From Bacteroidia bacterium (lineage in GTDB: Bacteria; Bacteroidota; Bacteroidia; M30B66), in assembly GCA_046302715.1 (NCBI GenBank), contig JBKCHQ010000254.1, positions 20 to 64,019 on the forward strand: a DNA stretch of 64,000 nt. The letters are read 5' to 3'. The position numbers and the translations under genes are program-made. This document shows, piece after piece, positions 22,101-30,206 of the stretch (positions are counted from its first letter, which is position 1; every line of letters starts with the position of its first letter). Under the pieces are notes generated by a model. The model made no database searches. It was not told where the DNA came from and worked only from the letters and a program-made list of their open reading frames with translations.

Positions 22101-22913
22101 ATGGCAAATTTTCTTGCAACCAAAAAAGGAAAAAGAATCATGGGCATGGTCTATGGGATCGGTGCTGCTATCGTAATCGTTGGAGCTCTATTTAAGATTT
22201 TACACTGGCCCGGAGCAAACGAAATGCTTATGGTCGGCTTATTGACCGAGGCCGCTATCTTCTTTATCTCTGCATTTGAAAAGCCACATGAAGAACCCGA
22301 TTGGACACTTGTTTACCCTGAACTTAGTGGTATGCACGACGAACACTCAGGTGCTCGTGAAAAGAAAGCGGTTAAGTCTGGTAAATCAGATGGCGTATCA
22401 CAGCAATTGGACAAAATGCTAGAAGATGCCAAAATTGGACCTGAGTTATTAGAGAGTTTGGGCAATTCGTTCAAAGCACTTTCTGACAACACCTCTAAAC
22501 TTGCTGATATCACTGATGCATCTGTTGCTACCGACGAATATGTAAGCAATATCCGTTCTGCCTCTACTCAAGTAGGAACACTTGCAGAGCGTTACGTTAA
22601 GGCATCTGAGTCATTAGACAGCATGACCTTAACCAATGCCGATGGCCAAAGCTATGGCGAGCAACTTCAGCGGGTTTCTAAAAATCTTTCTGAACTTAAC
22701 TCTGTTTATGAATTACAGCTTCGTGGTGCCGAACAGCACGCTCAAGCATCTAGCCGTTTCTATGATGGTATCGAACAACTTATGAGCAATCTTAATGACT
22801 CTGTAAACGACACAAAACGTTACAAAGAAGAAATGTCTCAGCTTACCAGCAACCTTTCATCGCTCAATACCATTTATGGCAACATGTTGAGCGCAATGAA
22901 TATCAATCGTTAA
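22101..22913 (+). CDS. gldL: Gliding motility / T9SS protein GldL (PorL)
   Basis: Two N-terminal TM helices (…MGMVYGIGAAIVIVGALFKILHW…) and a cytoplasmic coiled-coil C-terminus. Order within gldKLMN. Confidence 0.9.
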   Translation: MANFLATKKGKRIMGMVYGIGAAIVIVGALFKILHWPGANEMLMVGLLTEAAIFFISAFEKPHEEPDWTLVYPELSGMHDEHSGAREKKAVKSGKSDGVSQQLDKMLEDAKIGPELLESLGNSFKALSDNTSKLADITDASVATDEYVSNIRSASTQVGTLAERYVKASESLDSMTLTNADGQSYGEQLQRVSKNLSELNSVYELQLRGAEQHAQASSRFYDGIEQLMSNLNDSVNDTKRYKEEMSQLTSNLSSLNTIYGNMLSAMNINR

Positions 22914-22956
22914 TCAGTAATCATCTCATAACATAACCTTTTAATCATTTTAGAAA

Positions 22957-24540
22957 ATGGCAGGTGGAAAAGAAACGCCCAGGCAAAAAATGATTGGGAT
23001 GATGTACTTGGTGTTAACAGCGCTTCTGGCGCTTAACGTATCCAAAGAAATTCTCGATGCATTTGTAGTAGTAAATAATGGTCTTGTTCAGACCGATAAA
23101 AACTTCAATACCAACAATAAAATTCTTTACAAGGCGATAGAAGATCAGCTCGAATTAGAGCCGGTGCGGGCCAAAAAAGCAGTGGAAAGCGCCAAGAAAT
23201 TAAAGGAGTGGACCAAAGCAATGCACCAATTTATTGCTGATATTAAAACGGAGCTTATCGTTGCGGAAGATGAAATCGCAAAAGAAGCGGCTGTTAAAGT
23301 GCTCGATAGCCTTGCAAATGTTCAAAACAAGGATAAATACGATAATGCAACCCGAATCATGTGCGGGGATGGAACCGTAGGAGCAAAAGGCAAAGCAACA
23401 GAACTAAAAAACAAACTTATAGAATTTAAAAAGAATTTAACTTCTATACTTCCTGAGTCTGTTAAAAAATCTACAAACCTTGGTCTTAAAACAGACGATC
23501 CCCCAAGAAAAGGAACCGAAAACGTTACTTGGGAAACCGAAAAGTTTTATCACCTTCCGGTGGCAGCACAGATTGTAGTATTATCTCAACTACAAACTGA
23601 AGTTAGAAATGCCGAAGGAACTGTACTTAACGAATTGTTTAAGTCTATTGGTTCAAATACCATTAAAGTGGATAAACTTGCCGCTCAATTGGTGCCATCC
23701 GCTAATGTTGTAGCTATTGGTGAGGAGTTTACCGCCAAGATTTTTGTGGCTGCGTTAAATTCTTCTTCAACACCTGACGTAACCGTTAACGGAGGTCGTG
23801 TTTCCGAAACTGATGAGAACGGTTTTGTAGTATTCCGCTCACGCCCATCTAGCGAAGGAGAACAAACGGTTAGAGCATCGGTACGTTTTATTAACGCTGA
23901 AGGTAATCCCGAAACCTCTGAAAAAGAGTTTAAATATACCGCTGTTAAACCAATGGCAGTTGTGTCTCCAACACAAATGCAGGTGTTTTACATCGGTGTT
24001 GATAATCCGGTATCCATCTCTGTTCCGGGATCATCGCCCGACAAAATAGATGCTAATATTCAGGGTTGCGGAGGTACTTTATCTAAAGCAGGAAGTGGTA
24101 TGTACACCGCTCGGGTAACTTCACCTGGAGAATGTGCAGTATCGGTTTCGGTGCGTAAAGAAGGGGGTGGATCTATGAATATGGGCGCTCCTAAATTCCG
24201 TGCGAAAAAACTTCCAGATCCTACTCCTACTTTTGCCGGCGCTAAACCGGGAGATGGAATTGGAATTGCCACTATTAAAGCTGCTCCATTCTTATCTGCT
24301 GCATTGCCTGACGACTTCGTGTTCAAAGCGGCCTTCCAGGTGCTTTCATACACATTTGAGGTTCAACAAAAAGGCGGCGGAATTGAAGAGGCCGAGATTA
24401 CCGGCAACCGTCTTAACGACAAAGCGTTGAGCTTGTTGAATAAGGCCAAGCCAAATGGAAAAGTTTATCTTACTGGAATTAAAGTTAAAGGCCCGGACCA
24501 AGTGGTTCGTACGCTTAATGCTTCTTTCAGGCTTAAATAA
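22957..24540 (+). CDS. gldM: Gliding motility / T9SS protein GldM (PorM)
   Basis: The N-terminus MAGGKETPRQKMIGMMYLVLTALLALNVSKEIL… is the conserved GldM single-TM start. 527 aa with periplasmic beta domains. Confidence 0.9.
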   Translation: MAGGKETPRQKMIGMMYLVLTALLALNVSKEILDAFVVVNNGLVQTDKNFNTNNKILYKAIEDQLELEPVRAKKAVESAKKLKEWTKAMHQFIADIKTELIVAEDEIAKEAAVKVLDSLANVQNKDKYDNATRIMCGDGTVGAKGKATELKNKLIEFKKNLTSILPESVKKSTNLGLKTDDPPRKGTENVTWETEKFYHLPVAAQIVVLSQLQTEVRNAEGTVLNELFKSIGSNTIKVDKLAAQLVPSANVVAIGEEFTAKIFVAALNSSSTPDVTVNGGRVSETDENGFVVFRSRPSSEGEQTVRASVRFINAEGNPETSEKEFKYTAVKPMAVVSPTQMQVFYIGVDNPVSISVPGSSPDKIDANIQGCGGTLSKAGSGMYTARVTSPGECAVSVSVRKEGGGSMNMGAPKFRAKKLPDPTPTFAGAKPGDGIGIATIKAAPFLSAALPDDFVFKAAFQVLSYTFEVQQKGGGIEEAEITGNRLNDKALSLLNKAKPNGKVYLTGIKVKGPDQVVRTLNASFRLK

Positions 24541-24567
24541 TATTTAACCATTTTAACCATCTGTATT

Positions 24568-25434
24568 ATGCGTAGTCTGTTTTTCTTGTTATCGCTTAGC
24601 TTCTTCTTAGGAGGAACTGTATTGTCACAGAGTGTTCTTGACGCCAAGAGAGAGCGCGCAGACGGTGTTGTGGGTCGTGGTCACATTCGCACACGACAAC
24701 CCATACCCTACACTCCGGTTAGGGAAGCAGATGTAATTTGGAGAAAACGCGTTTGGAGAGAGATTGATTTGCGTGAAAAAATCAATCTCCCTCTTTACTA
24801 TCCACTTGACGAGGAAGTAAATGGACTATTGAGTCTCACCAGCCTCCTTTTTAGAGATGTTGTGGTTAATGCTGACATCCCAGCCTATGCCGACGATAAC
24901 TTCAGCGAATATCTTACTCCTGCCGAAATCGATAAGAAGATTACCCCTGGAGATTCTATCGAGGTTAATGTAGGAGACCTTGATGGAGATGGTATTGATG
25001 AGCCTCCAATTAAAGCACCCCCATCTCCTATAAAATTAAGTTCGATTAAAAAAGTATGGCTTAAGGAGGAATGGTTTTTCGACAAACAGCGCTCTGTGCT
25101 TGATGTTAGAATTTTAGGTATTGGTTTTCCTATAGATAAAATTGATGCTGCCACAGGAGAAGTAAAAGGATTTAGCACACTATTTTGGGTGTATTTTCCA
25201 GAGGCCAGAAAATCGCTTGCTAAGCAAGATGTATTTAACCGCCAAAACCCTCAAGAACGTCGCTCTTTTGATGATATATTCTGGAAACGTCAATTTAGTA
25301 GCTACATCACAAAAGAAGAAAATGTGTACGACCGAAAAATTAATGAATACAAACTCGGTATGGATGCATTAATGGAATCTAACCGAATTAAAGAAGATAT
25401 TATTAACTTCGAACACGATTTGTGGGAGTTCTAA
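24568..25434 (+). CDS. gldN: Gliding motility / T9SS protein GldN (PorN)
   Basis: 288 aa. Signal peptide. Last gene of the gldKLMN cluster. Followed by a strong intrinsic terminator. Confidence 0.88.
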   Translation: MRSLFFLLSLSFFLGGTVLSQSVLDAKRERADGVVGRGHIRTRQPIPYTPVREADVIWRKRVWREIDLREKINLPLYYPLDEEVNGLLSLTSLLFRDVVVNADIPAYADDNFSEYLTPAEIDKKITPGDSIEVNVGDLDGDGIDEPPIKAPPSPIKLSSIKKVWLKEEWFFDKQRSVLDVRILGIGFPIDKIDAATGEVKGFSTLFWVYFPEARKSLAKQDVFNRQNPQERRSFDDIFWKRQFSSYITKEENVYDRKINEYKLGMDALMESNRIKEDIINFEHDLWEF

Positions 25435-25465
25435 GCTCCCTTTTGTTTAACCTCCACGCTTACAT

Positions 25466-25499
25466 AAAAGAGCCGGCTAACGCCGGCTCTTTTAGTTTT
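25466..25499 (+). terminator. Intrinsic terminator of the gldKLMN operon
   Basis: Perfect hairpin AAAGAGCCGGC-taac-GCCGGCTCTTT followed by TTAGTTTTTG. Lies 30 nt after the gldN stop. Confidence 0.7.
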
Positions 25500-25682
25500 T
25501 GTATAGGTGTCAAAACCCCTCTTCATTAAACTCAGATTAAGCGTTAAAATCAAATGCCCTAATGCTTAGTGCGCTAAATCTGTCGGGGTGCATCTGTGTT
25601 AATCCCGATGCATCATGGAAGCATTCGAACCTTGCGGCAAATTGCGAAATTGGGGTTAAAGGAAGAGCTTACACGGATTTTG

Positions 25683-26771
25683 TTATATGTATCCTTCACC
25701 AAATTCCACCTTCACTTGATTTACCAATTGACGGATTTCCTGTTCGGCGTCCTTCCTGCATACCAGTAGAATTCCGTCAGACTCTACAATTATACAGTTG
25801 TCGATGCCGTGAATTACGGCAACTTTATCCTTTGGAAGATGTACAATGCTGTTTTCTGTATTGCTAATTATGGTCTTCTTTCCAACTACCGCATTTCCGA
25901 AAGCGTCGTGATGCATATTTTCGTAAAGCGAACCCCAAGTACCCAAATCACTCCATCCAAACTCCGATGGTATTACGGAAACATTAGACGCTTTTTCAAT
26001 AATCCCGTAGTCAATAGAAATATTGGTGCATTGCGTATACGCTTGCTCCAAAAAAAGTGCTTCGCCTTGCGTATCTAATTCTTCTTTGCCCGCCTCAAAG
26101 ATCTGATGCATGTCAGGCAAATGCTTTTGAAAAGCCTCGTTCATAACTGCAGCGGAGGTTATAAATAGACCCGAATTCCATAAAAATTCGCCTGACGAGA
26201 TAAAGGATTTTGCCAGTTCCAAATTAGGCTTTTCGGTGAAGGTTTTCACTTTATAAACATCATCCGTTCCATCTCTTTGAATAAATTGTATATATCCATA
26301 ACCGGTATCGGGCCTGCTGGGCCGAATGCCCAGCGTTACGATGGATTCGTCCGCTTCACAATGGCGCACACCTTTTAATACTTGCTCAATAAATACATCT
26401 TCCTGTAAAATAAGATGGTCTGACGGTGCTACCACGATACTTGCCGCAGAATTACGCTTTAGTATTTTTTGTGTAGCATAAGCTATACATGGAGCCGTGT
26501 TTCTGCGAATGGGTTCCAGCAGTAAGGCATTGTCATGAATACTGGGAATTTGTTCCAAAACCAAATCGCGATAAACAGCACTGGTTACAATTAAAATGTT
26601 TTCGGCGGGAATAATCTTTCTAAATCTGTCATAAGTTAACTGCAGCAAGGTTCGACCCGTTCCCAAAACGTCTAAAAATTGTTTGGGTCTATCCTGCCTG
26701 CTCATGGGCCAAAATCGGGTCCCGGCCCCGCCGGCCATTATTACACAATATATATTGGATTTTTTTTCCAT
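25683..26771 (-). CDS. Mannose-1-phosphate guanylyltransferase (GDP-mannose pyrophosphorylase)
   Basis: 362 aa. N-terminal nucleotidyltransferase motif (VIMAGGAGTRFWPMS…RPKQF). Confidence 0.85.
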   Translation of the reverse strand: MEKKSNIYCVIMAGGAGTRFWPMSRQDRPKQFLDVLGTGRTLLQLTYDRFRKIIPAENILIVTSAVYRDLVLEQIPSIHDNALLLEPIRRNTAPCIAYATQKILKRNSAASIVVAPSDHLILQEDVFIEQVLKGVRHCEADESIVTLGIRPSRPDTGYGYIQFIQRDGTDDVYKVKTFTEKPNLELAKSFISSGEFLWNSGLFITSAAVMNEAFQKHLPDMHQIFEAGKEELDTQGEALFLEQAYTQCTNISIDYGIIEKASNVSVIPSEFGWSDLGTWGSLYENMHHDAFGNAVVGKKTIISNTENSIVHLPKDKVAVIHGIDNCIIVESDGILLVCRKDAEQEIRQLVNQVKVEFGEGYI

Positions 26772-26836
26772 GGTAACCTCTCTATAAACGCGTGCAAACT
26801 TAAGGATATAATTTTCTTATATCCTTGTTTTCTAAA

Positions 26837-27451
26837 TTAATACAATTCAACCTCTGCCAGGGGATGAATCCAATAGGCCTTGTTGTCGGGCAGTTCGAAA
26901 CAGCGGTAGTTTTTACGAACTTTTTCCCCTTTGCGAAAAATGCGATTGCCCTTTAATTTAAAAACCGCATTAATCGGGATGCTTTCCAGCGTTAAGCTTG
27001 GATTTTGATCGTATTTTCTTAACACCCGCATGAGTTGTAAATCGGAGCAAGAACTCGAAGAAGGGCTCATAAGGTGTTTTTCAACCGCCGATAGAACATC
27101 TTCGGGGAAAATAGCAGGATGTAAAAATTGTTTCAAATGACGAACATACTCGTCTTTCCACTCTCTCCCATGCGGATTAACATGTGCGTGGTGTTTGTTC
27201 CAATTGGTACAGTGAGCAATTTCGTGAACAAGTGTAATTAAAAAACTATATGGATTTAGATTATGATTTATGGTAATAACATGCCCTCGATTGGCTCCTA
27301 AAATTGGCCTGAAATCGCCTAATTTGCTGTTTCGGGCATGGGTTATTTTTAAATGGATGCCATATGCTACTATCCATTCAGCAATGGGAGTCGCTGCCTC
27401 ATGGGGAATGTACTTCCTTAAAATAAGGGTGTAATCATCTAAAGTCTTCAC
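26837..27451 (-). CDS. SprT-like zinc-metallopeptidase-fold protein
   Basis: 204 aa. HExxH (LVHEIAHC) embedded in a SprT-like context. Confidence 0.65.
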   Translation of the reverse strand: MKTLDDYTLILRKYIPHEAATPIAEWIVAYGIHLKITHARNSKLGDFRPILGANRGHVITINHNLNPYSFLITLVHEIAHCTNWNKHHAHVNPHGREWKDEYVRHLKQFLHPAIFPEDVLSAVEKHLMSPSSSSCSDLQLMRVLRKYDQNPSLTLESIPINAVFKLKGNRIFRKGEKVRKNYRCFELPDNKAYWIHPLAEVELY

Positions 27452-27545
27452 TTGGTGAATATTTAAAAATCCACTAATTTAACCAAGTCCAAAGCATAGA
27501 TTTATCGGCAATTTTTTAACTTCGATTTTTTAATAACTGCTCCAA

Positions 27546-28124
27546 ATGAATCGCGCCATTCACATAATCCTTTTATGCTTGTCTGTATTAGCTTTGTTTA
27601 TGCCATACCTAAGCATAAATTTTAACGGCGAAACGCTGCTAAGCGCCAATGGCTTTGATTTAATGCTCTCCTTGCCGATAGAAAGTGAAAGCGAGGATTT
27701 TAATTTTCTACTGGGCATGCTCGATCCCCGTGTAGCCGAATTCCTGTCGGGGCAGTCACGTCAATGGGATTTGTTTTTACTGGGAATATCTCTTCTTTCC
27801 TGTATATCTATTGGATTAAGCTTTGTGAAGGACTGGGCCGAAAAGCCAGTATTTGCTACGATATATCTGGTTAACATCGCTTTAATTTTCACTGGAAAAC
27901 AGGTTTATCTTGGTTTATGGGAAGAACAAACTGCCGCGTTTTTTAAAAACCTACCCGAAGAAATGGCCGACATGATTCCTAAAAACATGGTGTTACCTGA
28001 ATTTGGTACTGCTTGGTGGGCTGTTTTATTCATAAATAGCATAGGAATAATTTGGATGATTTGGCGGTTGATCGAAATAAGAAGAGACCAGCAATTAACC
28101 ATATACAAAGGACCACAAAACTAG
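27546..28124 (+). CDS. Hypothetical integral membrane protein (about 4 TM helices)
   Basis: 192 aa. Hydrophobic segments at the N-terminus, middle and C-terminus. No recognisable motif. Confidence 0.4.
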   Translation: MNRAIHIILLCLSVLALFMPYLSINFNGETLLSANGFDLMLSLPIESESEDFNFLLGMLDPRVAEFLSGQSRQWDLFLLGISLLSCISIGLSFVKDWAEKPVFATIYLVNIALIFTGKQVYLGLWEEQTAAFFKNLPEEMADMIPKNMVLPEFGTAWWAVLFINSIGIIWMIWRLIEIRRDQQLTIYKGPQN

Positions 28125-28138
28125 ACAGGCGGTTCAGA

Positions 28139-28690
28139 TTATTTTCTAATGAAGCCACATGAAAAATAATGCTTGGTATAATACGCCTCATTTAAATTAC
28201 TTAACGTAACACCTTTAGAAGAGCTGGCGTGAATAAAACGGCTCTCCTGAACAATAATGCCAACATGCGATACCTTTTCGCTGTTAATTTTAAAGAACAC
28301 CAAATCGCCCGGCTTTGCCTCTTTCTTTGAGCGCTTTTGGCATTGATTGAAGATACGCTCGGATTGGCGCTCGAGAGAAATGCCATACACCTTTTTATAA
28401 ATGGCAACCGCAAAACCGGAGCAATCCACTCCCGACCTATCGTTTCCGCCATATTTATAAGGTACTCCTAACCATGTTACCAATTCGTTATACAGTAAGC
28501 CATCTGCCTCATTGGGGTTGGTAACGCCCAGGGTTAGTGCCGCGCTTTCAACGTTGGGTTCTTTCTTCTTAGGGGCTACATTTTTCGACATTCTGCATGA
28601 AGCAGAAATCAGCAAAATGCTTAGCAGTAATAAACCTCTAATACTTAAAGACATTATGTTCCAAGAGAAGTTCATAGTCGACCGCGTCAA
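28139..28690 (-). CDS. NlpC/P60 (C40) family peptidoglycan peptidase lipoprotein
   Basis: Lipoprotein signal (…LLISASC). The catalytic Cys context (DCSGFAVAIY) and His (VSHVGII) are NlpC/P60 hallmarks. The true start is probably the internal Met about 28654. Confidence 0.8.
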   Translation of the reverse strand: MTRSTMNFSWNIMSLSIRGLLLLSILLISASCRMSKNVAPKKKEPNVESAALTLGVTNPNEADGLLYNELVTWLGVPYKYGGNDRSGVDCSGFAVAIYKKVYGISLERQSERIFNQCQKRSKKEAKPGDLVFFKINSEKVSHVGIIVQESRFIHASSSKGVTLSNLNEAYYTKHYFSCGFIRK

Positions 28691-30206
28691 AAGGAGGATG
28701 TATTTTTACTCCATCGTAACTTTTTTCTATTCCATTTTCATATGCAATAACCAAATAGAGGAGGCCGTCGGTGTCATACATTTTCCAATAACCCTCTCTG
28801 TTTCCATTTAGGTAAGAGCCCTCCCAATACAAAGCGCCGTCATTACGATAGGCTTTATGTTTTCCAAACGGAACACCTTGCGAAAAGCTGCCTTCAAAGG
28901 ATGGTTTTCCATCGGGAAAAAAATGCTTCCAAGTACCGTCCATTAAATCGTCTGTAAATCCACCCACTATTCGATGATTTCCTTGTTTAAAAATCCAAGG
29001 CCCCTCTCTCCTGCCCTGAACAAACTCGCCGTATGCAAGCGTATCTCCATTTTCGGTAGCTTCGTAAGAATATCCCGATTCGCGCCCGTTTTTATAATTT
29101 TCCTTCCTAAGTAATTTGCCGTTTTCATAAAACCAGTTCCATACCCCGTCGGGTCTACCGGCTTTATAAGCCCCTGTTTGTTCGGTGGCTCCGCCGGGAA
29201 AAAAATACGACCAATTGCCCTCACGTAAGTCATCTACATAGGCTCCCTTCGATTTAATATCGCCTGTAGGATAATATTCTTCCCAAACTCCCTGTTTTCG
29301 GTAAGCGGTATCCAACATGCCTTTTGAGAGTAAAATGCCGTTTTGCCAAAACTCTGTTGTTTTTGGAATGCCCAATGTGTCGAATTCTATGTGCTGCCCG
29401 GTTTTTTTTCCCTCGGGTGTATATGGCCCCGAGGAACTTACTTTACCATTAACATGATAACGTTTTTTTAAGGGAGGCGGGGGCTGGTCTTCCTTTTCTT
29501 TTTGTAAAACATCATCCACATAACGCTCAAGTTTTGTCAGATTTCCTTTAGTGTCATATTCTTTAAGGTACCCGTTTTTCAAGCCATTTTGCCAATACAC
29601 TTCTCTCTTTATGCTCCCGTCTTCATACAATTCAACCCATTGACCGGCGCGCTTATTAAGTTTATCAAAACGATTTACCGGTTTACGCTTTACCAAAACC
29701 CCTTTTTCGTATTCCAACATGGTTACTACCATACCGAGCGAGTCGTATTCTCGGGCTTTTCCTTGCTCTTTACCTAAAACGAATGGTACTTCGATGTTTA
29801 TTTTACCATTGGGGTAATATTGCCGCGAAAATCCATTTTTTTGATCGTCTAAAAATTCTTCCTCGGTTATCAATTTGCCATCTGCTGCATATTCCTTTCG
29901 AGAGCCATTCTTCTTTCCGTTTTTATATGAAATTGCTGTTTTTAAAGTGCCGTCGAGGGTATAAAAATTCCAAATACTGTCGGATATTCCGTTTCGCTTT
30001 AATCCAAGCGATTTAAGCGCTCCATTTTCATGATAGGATGTCCATATACCATTGGGCGCTCCATCCTTCATATAGCCTTCGCTAGACACCTTACCTGACT
30101 CATAAAAATAGCGCACCCTAAGCCCATACTTTCCTGTGTCTTGCTGTCCTTTCATAAAGAAAGGAAAAAGGAAGGCCCAACATACGAAAAGGTGGTTCTT
30201 CATCAA
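28638..30206 (-). CDS. Secreted MORN-variant (YwqK-like) repeat protein
   Basis: Signal peptide. About 18 tandem roughly 23-aa repeats of the form YxNGxLxxEGxYxNGKKxGxW. 4-bp start overlap with the upstream M16 peptidase gene. Confidence 0.75.
   Translation of the reverse strand: MMKNHLFVCWAFLFPFFMKGQQDTGKYGLRVRYFYESGKVSSEGYMKDGAPNGIWTSYHENGALKSLGLKRNGISDSIWNFYTLDGTLKTAISYKNGKKNGSRKEYAADGKLITEEEFLDDQKNGFSRQYYPNGKINIEVPFVLGKEQGKAREYDSLGMVVTMLEYEKGVLVKRKPVNRFDKLNKRAGQWVELYEDGSIKREVYWQNGLKNGYLKEYDTKGNLTKLERYVDDVLQKEKEDQPPPPLKKRYHVNGKVSSSGPYTPEGKKTGQHIEFDTLGIPKTTEFWQNGILLSKGMLDTAYRKQGVWEEYYPTGDIKSKGAYVDDLREGNWSYFFPGGATEQTGAYKAGRPDGVWNWFYENGKLLRKENYKNGRESGYSYEATENGDTLAYGEFVQGRREGPWIFKQGNHRIVGGFTDDLMDGTWKHFFPDGKPSFEGSFSQGVPFGKHKAYRNDGALYWEGSYLNGNREGYWKMYDTDGLLYLVIAYENGIEKSYDGVKIHPPFDAVDYELLLEHNVFKY

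Noticed and set aside
25562-25867. 101-aa Cys-rich ORF overlapping the 3' end of the guanylyltransferase gene
   Set aside because: It overlaps a well-supported gene on the opposite strand, has no motif, and has odd composition. It is probably non-coding.
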